Shown here: one piece after another, positions 10,402 to 17,480 of the stretch
How positions within the stretch are numbered: position 1 is the first letter of the stretch
Layout: the number at the start of each line of letters is the position of its first letter
Source: a virus
Lineage: Duplodnaviria; Caudoviricetes
DNA length: 64,000 bases
Reading direction: 5' to 3' (one strand)
Virus record (IMG/VR): IMGVR_UViG_3300027193_000501
Span: 101,922 to 165,921 of that record
Notes under the pieces: model-generated
Database searches by the model: none
What the model was told of the DNA's origin: nothing
The model's input: the letters and a program-made list of their open reading frames with translations, nothing else
Translations under genes and position numbers: made by a program

Positions 10402-10676
10402 TCTACTATTTGCCAATCATCGTGTAAGAACTCACCCGCTTCTATCTTATCAAATAATCCAAAGAAATCATCAAAAGTAGTCTTAGTAAATGCAAAACTA
10501 TTTTGAAATATTTTCTCTATTTCTTTATCTAAAATTTTATCATCCTGTACTTTTTCCAGATGTATAATCCATTTACCAAAGAAATCTAAGGCTTTACATT
10601 TTTCATGAGCTTCCCAGGATGTTCTTCTTAATGTTTTGCCATCTTTTAAAAGGGACAAAGCTTCGATTCCAGTCAT
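10398..10676 (-). CDS. Tad2/DUF2829-like protein
   Basis: MTGIEALSLLKDGKTLRRTSW...EFLHDDWQIVE. Confidence 0.7.
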   Translation of the reverse strand: MTGIEALSLLKDGKTLRRTSWEAHEKCKALDFFGKWIIHLEKVQDDKILDKEIEKIFQNSFAFTKTTFDDFFGLFDKIEAGEFLHDDWQIVE

Positions 10677-10891
10677 TCTACAACCTCCCAGAAGTCAGAC
10701 ATCAAATCTTTAGGAGTAAGATCTAGTGTTGAATAAAATTGTGTCCTACATACTTCTCCATCTAAGACTTCGTAGAAATCAAAAGTGTTATCTTCCTTGT
10801 CGTAGATTAAGAAAGCAGTAGTACTTTCCCAATTGGTCTTACGCACACGCTTGCCAGACATTAATGAGTCAATGACATCAGCAAATTTCAT
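10673..10891 (-). CDS. Tad2/DUF2829-like protein
   Basis: MKFADVIDSLMSGKRVRKTNW...DLMSDFWEVVE. Confidence 0.72.
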   Translation of the reverse strand: MKFADVIDSLMSGKRVRKTNWESTTAFLIYDKEDNTFDFYEVLDGEVCRTQFYSTLDLTPKDLMSDFWEVVE

Positions 10892-10911
10892 TCTACTTCC
10901 TCCCAGTCCTG

Positions 10912-11178
10912 TCATTCTTCATCTACCTTTTTGTTAGCGTCAACAATATGGTCTAAATCCCAAGTATCAATATCCCAATCTTCAGCAACAACATCACGGG
11001 GTTCTAAATCAAGACCGAATGTCCCTAATTCATAACCGTTTTCTGAATCATCTGCATAATATACATACACAAAAGAATCTTCTTCTTTGTCATAATACAT
11101 ATATTTGCCATTTTCCCAACCAGTGCGAGAAATTGGTTTACCTTCCATTAATGAATCAACTACTTCAGAGAATTTCAT
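10912..11178 (-). CDS. Tad2/DUF2829-like protein
   Basis: MKFSEVVDSLMEGKPISRTGWENGKYMY...DVVAEDW. Confidence 0.75.
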   Translation of the reverse strand: MKFSEVVDSLMEGKPISRTGWENGKYMYYDKEEDSFVYVYYADDSENGYELGTFGLDLEPRDVVAEDWDIDTWDLDHIVDANKKVDEE

Positions 11179-11393
11179 ATTAAAACATCCCAATCTTCAG
11201 CAATAATATCTTCTGGTTTTAAATCAAGTCTATAGGTGATAAATTCGTAATCATCTTCTTCGTAATCTTCTTTGATATGATAAGCAAACCAATTTTGTTC
11301 TTTATCAAGATACAAAAATTTACCATCAGGCCAAACGCTTCTCGATATTGGCTTGTATTGCATCAAAGAATCAATTACTTCAGAGAATTTCAT
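11175..11393 (-). CDS. Tad2/DUF2829-like protein
   Basis: MKFSEVIDSLMQYKPISRSVW...EDIIAEDW. Confidence 0.75.
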   Translation of the reverse strand: MKFSEVIDSLMQYKPISRSVWPDGKFLYLDKEQNWFAYHIKEDYEEDDYEFITYRLDLKPEDIIAEDWDVLI

Positions 11394-11658
11394 CTACAAC
11401 TTCCCAATCGTCTTCTAATAAATCCCCATTATCAATAACATCATAATAACTTACATAGCTGGAAAATTCAGGCTTTTCAGGAACCCATTGTGGAACTAAA
11501 TGCGTGTCTAAAGCAAATAATATAGGGTCATCAATATTAATCTTAACAGACTTCATATCATCACTGAAATAAGCCTTACATTTTATATCAGGTTCCCAAG
11601 CTTTACGCCTAAGAATATATCCAGCTCGTAAAAGAGTTAATGCATCAGTTCCATTCAT
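11380..11658 (-). CDS. Tad2/DUF2829-like protein
   Basis: MNGTDALTLLRAGYILRRKAW...DLLEDDWEVV. Confidence 0.7.
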   Translation of the reverse strand: MNGTDALTLLRAGYILRRKAWEPDIKCKAYFSDDMKSVKINIDDPILFALDTHLVPQWVPEKPEFSSYVSYYDVIDNGDLLEDDWEVVDEIL

Positions 11659-11878
11659 TTTTATTTTTTGTAACAGGCTCAAAACTATAAGAAGCATTAG
11701 GATCAAGAATCAATACATCTGCTGTAACCCAATTAGCCTCGATCAGATTCTCACCAAAAAAACAAGTCTCAAGCTTTTCGTCTAAGATTCTCCACTTAGA
11801 AATTCCATTATCATGTTTTTGAACGACGATAAACCCCATTTTCAATTTATATGTAACATCAAAAGAAATATTAAACAT
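11645..11878 (-). CDS. Hypothetical protein
   Basis: ORF inside the Tad2-like array, unrelated sequence. Confidence 0.55.
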   Translation of the reverse strand: MFNISFDVTYKLKMGFIVVQKHDNGISKWRILDEKLETCFFGENLIEANWVTADVLILDPNASYSFEPVTKNKNEWN

Positions 11879-12127
11879 CTAATCCACTAGCTCCCATTCA
11901 TTTTCAAATATATCACGCAAGAATTCTTCTATAATTTCTTGATTATGTAAGTTAGTCCAAGGTGTAGAAGGATTCAAATTTGGAACCCTTGGAAACTCTT
12001 CTGACCTAACTGAAAAAGCATATCCAGAATAATCAGAATAATACAAATACCAATCCTTATTTTCCCAAGCTTTACATCTGATTTTACATCCTTTTTTAAT
12101 AAATTGCAATGCTTCTAAACCATTCAT
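11879..12127 (-). CDS. Tad2/DUF2829-like protein (divergent)
   Basis: MNGLEALQFIKKGCKIRCKAW...IFENEWELVD. Confidence 0.65.
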   Translation of the reverse strand: MNGLEALQFIKKGCKIRCKAWENKDWYLYYSDYSGYAFSVRSEEFPRVPNLNPSTPWTNLHNQEIIEEFLRDIFENEWELVD

Positions 12128-12384
12128 TGATTTATATAATTCTCAATATTACCTTTGATATCTTTATCCCACAAATAACAAGCATCAAAGCCAAATTCAC
12201 TATCTTCAAATGTCACCCAAATAAAATCACCTTTAGGATCAAGACGTACAGATTTAAAATCACCAAAATTTAATTCATCACATACAATTTTAGCAATAGA
12301 TTCCATATACTTTTGAAACTTAAGATAACTGTAAATTCTTCCACGGACAAAATCCTCAGAATAAATAAATTGTTCAGTACTCAT
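12124..12384 (-). CDS. Hypothetical protein
   Basis: Coupled ORF. Confidence 0.6.
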   Translation of the reverse strand: MSTEQFIYSEDFVRGRIYSYLKFQKYMESIAKIVCDELNFGDFKSVRLDPKGDFIWVTFEDSEFGFDACYLWDKDIKGNIENYINQ

Positions 12385-13072
12385 TTCTATCTTTCATAAT
12401 CTGATCTTGCATTTCATCAACTTCAGCTACAACATCAACAACTTCCCAATCGTCTGCTAACAAATCTTCATATTTTATCATTAGTGAATTTGTATACATT
12501 CCAATACCCAAGTCAGAATGCCAACTCTTACGTCTAATTGTTTTTCCAGCATACATATCATCTAATACATCCTTGAATGTTTTAAAATGAAAAATCTCCC
12601 AATCCTCAGCGAATAAATCTTCAGCAGTGATTTTAACATTAGAATTATCATAGTTATCAGGAGGAAATAAATAAATCTTTGGATTGCCTTCTCTTGTAAC
12701 GATCTTCCCATGTTTAAGCATATCAAGAGCCCAATTAATATCTCTTTTCAACCTAATATCATTCTCTTCAGCAAAAGTATCAAAATCACTACCAACGAAC
12801 TTATTATTAAATTTATTCTTAGGCATAGGTAAAATCTTCCAATTATTATAGTTCTTCCAATGATCAAACCTTACAGGAATCAAAAAATCTTGTGTATTTA
12901 AATCGTACAGGTAGAAATCTTTAAATTTACAAGCGATTACAGAGGATGAATGATTATCTTCACCAAAAGCAAAATATCTTCCAGAGAGTAGAATTCTTTT
13001 AGCTTCTTCAAAAGTAAAATTTCTTCCCTTATAATCTATCTCATTTAAATAACCAAAATATTTCTTTGACAT
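12374..13072 (-). CDS. Multi-domain Tad2/DUF2829-like protein (2 clear repeats, 1 degenerate)
   Basis: ALDMLKHGKIVTR...EDLFAEDW followed by FKDVLDDMYAGKTIRRKSW...EDLLADDW. Confidence 0.7.
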   Translation of the reverse strand: MSKKYFGYLNEIDYKGRNFTFEEAKRILLSGRYFAFGEDNHSSSVIACKFKDFYLYDLNTQDFLIPVRFDHWKNYNNWKILPMPKNKFNNKFVGSDFDTFAEENDIRLKRDINWALDMLKHGKIVTREGNPKIYLFPPDNYDNSNVKITAEDLFAEDWEIFHFKTFKDVLDDMYAGKTIRRKSWHSDLGIGMYTNSLMIKYEDLLADDWEVVDVVAEVDEMQDQIMKDRNEY

Positions 13073-13131
13073 TTAAGCCTCATAACATTCTACCACAAAA
13101 AAATAAAGGCCTGATTTCTCAAGCCTTTTTT

Positions 13132-13377
13132 TCACATATTCTTTTTAGCTTCTTGGAGAGCTTCAATAAGTAGATCAAGTTCTTCTTTATCTAAAACAAC
13201 TAAATCTGAATAAGCAAATCCATCAAAAAGAATTTTCAATCTTTTCTTCCAATTTAACTTGCCATCATTGAAACCATAATTCCAAAGAGAAATGTCTACA
13301 GTTTTGGATTCTGTATCAGGACGTATATGTAAAGAATGACATAAACAGTCACAATTAATAATAGTAGTTTTATCCAC
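13132..13377 (-). CDS. Hypothetical protein
   Basis: CDCLCH motif; followed by terminator. Confidence 0.6.
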   Translation of the reverse strand: MDKTTIINCDCLCHSLHIRPDTESKTVDISLWNYGFNDGKLNWKKRLKILFDGFAYSDLVVLDKEELDLLIEALQEAKKNM

Positions 13378-13960
13378 TTGTATATCCTATGTTTAACCTA
13401 CGAATAAGATGAGTGAATCTATAATTAAGCACAAGATGATAAAGAAAATAAGCACGTCTACCTAATGAAAAAGCACGGAATTCTTCTTGTGTTTTAAATA
13501 CCTGAGTTCCATCCTCATATTGACTAGGAACTCTAATACCCTCTTTAGCCCAATCTTTCTGCTTATTAAATCTTTTTTCAATTACAGATAAAAGAAACTC
13601 CCATTCTTCTTGAGTATATCGTTTTTCTTTTGGCTCTAAAAACTCATCAAATTCAATCTTCTTGTGAGAAAATGAACTTCTATGAATTACTACATAAATT
13701 TCTTGTTTGTTAGCTTTTTCTACAGGAGGTAAACTAAGATTAAAACCAACATACTTGGATACACAATACTCAGGAGCAGAATGATTTTTTACTCTCATTT
13801 GACCTGTTACTAAATCTACTACCTGATCGATACAATAATGATCATGGAATTCAGGAACAGCATCAGAATCTGTTTCAATCGATTCTACAAATTTAAACTC
13901 AGATTTAAACTTTTCTGTACTAGGAACATATCGCCAAAAAGAATGCCTAAACTTTGACAT
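13370..13960 (-). CDS. Hypothetical protein
   Basis: Long ORF, start MSKFRH abutting upstream stop. Confidence 0.6.
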   Translation of the reverse strand: MSKFRHSFWRYVPSTEKFKSEFKFVESIETDSDAVPEFHDHYCIDQVVDLVTGQMRVKNHSAPEYCVSKYVGFNLSLPPVEKANKQEIYVVIHRSSFSHKKIEFDEFLEPKEKRYTQEEWEFLLSVIEKRFNKQKDWAKEGIRVPSQYEDGTQVFKTQEEFRAFSLGRRAYFLYHLVLNYRFTHLIRRLNIGYTSG

Positions 13961-14490
13961 TAAATCATCTCCAAAGAATAGGAACAAAGAGAAGACCAAT
14001 AACTAAGAGCTTTTTCCAAATTACTAAGATCAACTTCTTCATCCTTGTACTTCCATAACATTGCTTGAAATACACAATGAAAAGAAAGGTTAAATAAATC
14101 TTCCTGGGCTTTTTCAGATAAATCCCAATAATAAACTGAATGAGGTGGTTTAATCTCTTCAATTAAACAAGACATAAGAATAGCATAATTAGCCAAATCA
14201 ATTACTGTATCTTCAGCCTTTTCAGAAATAACCAAATATTCTTTTTCTTTGAGGAAATTTTCAAGGCGGGACATCTTATCACCAATTCTAACTAAACATC
14301 CTCGCCAAGCATCAATACCAGCATCCTCACACTTGCGCAAATTACCCATAGGAAGACCAGTAGCAGAATAATCATTATCCTTAGCCTCATAAACACTCTG
14401 CATGTTATCAAGAATATCTAAAGCTGTTTCATTAGTAAATTTAGCTTTCATATTACTTATTGTTTGATCATAAAATTTATTTCTTGACAT
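13960..14490 (-). CDS. Nucleotide-modification-associated domain 1 (Nmad1/DUF1599) protein
   Basis: KDNDY...N...VRIGDKMSRL...EDTVIDLANYAIL. Confidence 0.75.
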   Translation of the reverse strand: MSRNKFYDQTISNMKAKFTNETALDILDNMQSVYEAKDNDYSATGLPMGNLRKCEDAGIDAWRGCLVRIGDKMSRLENFLKEKEYLVISEKAEDTVIDLANYAILMSCLIEEIKPPHSVYYWDLSEKAQEDLFNLSFHCVFQAMLWKYKDEEVDLSNLEKALSYWSSLCSYSLEMI

Positions 14491-14944
14491 CTAATACCTC
14501 AATACTGTCTGCAAATTGTATCATGCACTTTTGAATTTTATCTAATCCCACTTTACCTTGAGAAAAATAAAGATGCCAACTAATAACACAATAAATATCG
14601 TCTTCAACACCTTGCGAAATTCCATACCAAAATCCATTACTATATATAGGGAACTTTAAATTAGCTTCTTTAGGGAATGAAAGATGAATTATATAAAATA
14701 ATCTATCTAAATATTTCTTATCTACAATGAAAGTAAAATAAGGGATTGAACCTTTTTCTCTTCCTAATAAATGACCCTGACAACTCCAAATAGTCCAAAG
14801 CCAACCACTACTATTAATCTTATAAATAGAATCTTTAATCTTTGGATCTAATTTTACTCTTTGTTTTTTAAGAGATCTAGGATCATACTTCGATGGATGA
14901 TCTATGTAATTTAAAAAACTAGTTAAGTTGTCAGGGTTATTCAT
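14477..14944 (-). CDS. TYW3-like domain protein
   Basis: LDPKI...IN...WT.WSCQGH resembles the TYW3 D..I...IN...TTSSC.G motif; paralog at 25296. Confidence 0.45.
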   Translation of the reverse strand: MNNPDNLTSFLNYIDHPSKYDPRSLKKQRVKLDPKIKDSIYKINSSGWLWTIWSCQGHLLGREKGSIPYFTFIVDKKYLDRLFYIIHLSFPKEANLKFPIYSNGFWYGISQGVEDDIYCVISWHLYFSQGKVGLDKIQKCMIQFADSIEVLDVKK

Positions 14945-14945
14945 G

Positions 14946-15926
14946 TTATCTCTTAGGTGGTAATGAATTTTGCTTTACTTCAAAAACACCATTACCAACA
15001 AAATCACCAAGCGTTTTATATCCACTGTACGAAACTGCTGAAGATAGCCCACCCCAAAGCTCATCTACAAGAACTTCAAGAGGACGCAATTCATCAACAA
15101 TAGCTACTTCTTTACCCTCAGAATGACGATATACTTTACCAGTGGAGAGAATCTGTTGCTTATGAGATGCACCACCCCAATAGTTTCCGTCTCCTCTTAA
15201 ATGAGTTTCTGCTTCAAACGCTCTAGCAAAATACCCACCCATCATAACATAATCCGCTCCAGCACCAAATGCCTTAGCAGCATATCCAGCATTCTTAATA
15301 CCACCGTCAGCAATTACAAATGGACCTGAATCATAAGTATATTCTTCAATTTCCATGATTTCAGTAATTGGACCACGATTGTATCCAGTAGAATCATTAG
15401 TAGCACAAGGACTTCCACCAGCAATACCTACACGAATATATTTATCATGCTTGGAATTTAATTTAATTTTTGAAAGCAACTCAAATCCAAGAGCTGAATG
15501 AACATTACCCAACATTAAATCATACACTGGAGCAATCTGTTCTAGCTTTTCAGTACATTCAGTAATTTCTTTGTGCATATAACCATTAGCCATATCAATT
15601 AGCCATTTATCAGCACCACAATCTTTTAATGCCTTGACCCTATCCCAATCATTCAAACCGATAGATACAAATACATTAGCTTTATTAGGTAAAGAATTAT
15701 AAAGCTCAACCTGCTCCTCAATAGAACAAAAACGATGAAGACAAACTGTAAGACCAAGCTCATTAGCCTTTAGAGCAAATGTTTTACCAACAATAGCTTC
15801 CATAGGAGAAACTATGATTCTATTTAACTCTACAGGAATATCTTTACGAGACTTAACTTTACAAGGTTGAGCTACAAGATTTACATCATTATAATAAATA
15901 GACTTAGACTTGAGAATTTCTGCCAT
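14946..15926 (-). CDS. GMP reductase / IMP dehydrogenase family protein (no CBS domains)
   Basis: RVGIAGGSPCAT catalytic loop, IADGGI, KAFGAGADYVMMGG, SEG. Confidence 0.85.
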   Translation of the reverse strand: MAEILKSKSIYYNDVNLVAQPCKVKSRKDIPVELNRIIVSPMEAIVGKTFALKANELGLTVCLHRFCSIEEQVELYNSLPNKANVFVSIGLNDWDRVKALKDCGADKWLIDMANGYMHKEITECTEKLEQIAPVYDLMLGNVHSALGFELLSKIKLNSKHDKYIRVGIAGGSPCATNDSTGYNRGPITEIMEIEEYTYDSGPFVIADGGIKNAGYAAKAFGAGADYVMMGGYFARAFEAETHLRGDGNYWGGASHKQQILSTGKVYRHSEGKEVAIVDELRPLEVLVDELWGGLSSAVSYSGYKTLGDFVGNGVFEVKQNSLPPKR

Positions 15927-16503
15927 TTTTCTTACTTTCAATTACACAATCAATAACACCATACGTTTTGGCTTCTTCCGCACTCATGTAATAATCTCTA
16001 TCACAGTCTTTAGCAATCTGCTTCTTCGTTTTACCAGTGGAGAGAGAAAGAATATCGAATAATTGATCTTCCAACTTATTTGTCTCATTAACCTGAATAC
16101 GAATGTCAGCAGATGTACCACGAAAACCAGAAGATACCTGATGAATCATAATACGAGAATGAGGCAAAGCAGATCGAGTACCAGTACCACCAGCTAAAAG
16201 AATAGCTCCCATACTAGCTGCCATACCTACACAAGTGGTATTAACAGGAGCAGAAATTGTATTAATAACATCATACAAAGCTAATCCCGCACTAACACTA
16301 CCACCAGGACTATTAATATAAAACTCAATCGGTCTATGACTATCTTCCTTGTCTAAAAATAACATCTGAGCGATAATCAAATTAATAATATAATCATCTA
16401 CCTCTTGCCCTAAAAAGATAATTCGGTCTTTAAGTAATCTAGACCAAATATCATAAGCACGTTCACCGGTAGATGATTTTTCTAATACTGTAGGAATAAT
16501 CAT
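15904..16503 (-). CDS. clpP: ATP-dependent Clp protease proteolytic subunit
   Basis: DIWSRLLKDRIIFL, YINSPGG, AASMG, MIHQ, DRDYYMSAEEA. Confidence 0.95.
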   Translation of the reverse strand: MIIPTVLEKSSTGERAYDIWSRLLKDRIIFLGQEVDDYIINLIIAQMLFLDKEDSHRPIEFYINSPGGSVSAGLALYDVINTISAPVNTTCVGMAASMGAILLAGGTGTRSALPHSRIMIHQVSSGFRGTSADIRIQVNETNKLEDQLFDILSLSTGKTKKQIAKDCDRDYYMSAEEAKTYGVIDCVIESKKNGRNSQV

Positions 16504-16572
16504 AAACCTATTTTACCACACACAAAAAAAGAGAGGCATAAAATACCTCTCTTCCTTAAGTAAAATTATGAT

Positions 16573-17076
16573 TTACTTAATTTTAATTTTCTTTACTGTT
16601 TCTTTAAGCTCTTCTTCTTTAAAAACAATCTTCTTAAAAGCTAATTTAAGAATACCAGCTTCTAAATGACAAACTTCAGGGTCAAGCTCAAGATTGTCTG
16701 GTAATTGAATTGTTCTTGTAAAAGCAGATTGCTTCAATTCTTTAAGATGATAGAAATAACTCTTCTCTCTAAGGATTCTTGAATTTCCAGTGATTGTTAA
16801 AAGCTTAGTTTCTTTGACAACTTCAATGTCAAGATCTTTTTCTTCAACACCGGGTACAGCAAAGTCCAAACAGAAATAAGAATCATCTTCAAAGATATCC
16901 ATTTTTGGATAAGAAGTGTTGGAATGAATAAAGTTTTTACGATTACCTAAAAAATCGTCAAAAAACTTGTTGATAATCTGTTCATGTTGATCCATGATCA
17001 CATTACGATTGGGCATTAAAATTCTACGCTGAGGTAGATTCAATACATCATCAATACTAGCCATATAATTCTCCAT
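16573..17076 (-). CDS. Small heat-shock protein (Hsp20)
   Basis: YPKMDIFE...AVPGV...FTRTIQLP...GILKL. Confidence 0.88.
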   Translation of the reverse strand: MENYMASIDDVLNLPQRRILMPNRNVIMDQHEQIINKFFDDFLGNRKNFIHSNTSYPKMDIFEDDSYFCLDFAVPGVEEKDLDIEVVKETKLLTITGNSRILREKSYFYHLKELKQSAFTRTIQLPDNLELDPEVCHLEAGILKLAFKKIVFKEEELKETVKKIKIK

Positions 17077-17169
17077 TTGCGCCCATAAGGTACGCTCTAA
17101 AATAGGTGTCTAAAAGATCACCTTGGTTAATAACCTATATATATAATACAACAAATAACAAGATTTTAT

Positions 17170-17433
17170 TCACCAAGAACCCAAATGCTTAGTAATTACA
17201 CCATCAGGATTTCTACTAATACTCGCAACCCACTCACTACCATCAAACACCATAGGAAAATAAACCCTACCCTTAGTCCAAAGAGTAAATGGCTCTCCCT
17301 CAATAGAACCATATGTATCATCAAATAAATAATCTAACCACTTACCATCATCTGGAACATAACTAACTACATCTTCCCATTTCTCATTATATTCAGACAT
17401 ACAATAAACTATCAAATCTCTCCATCTAACCAT
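17170..17433 (-). CDS. Conserved hypothetical phage protein
   Basis: FDDTYGSIEGEPFTLWT..RVYFP..FDGSEWV.S.SRNP. Confidence 0.65.
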   Translation of the reverse strand: MVRWRDLIVYCMSEYNEKWEDVVSYVPDDGKWLDYLFDDTYGSIEGEPFTLWTKGRVYFPMVFDGSEWVASISRNPDGVITKHLGSW

Positions 17434-17480
17434 AACACACCCCCAAGGATAATATACCTTTTATAAATAAATTAAAGATT

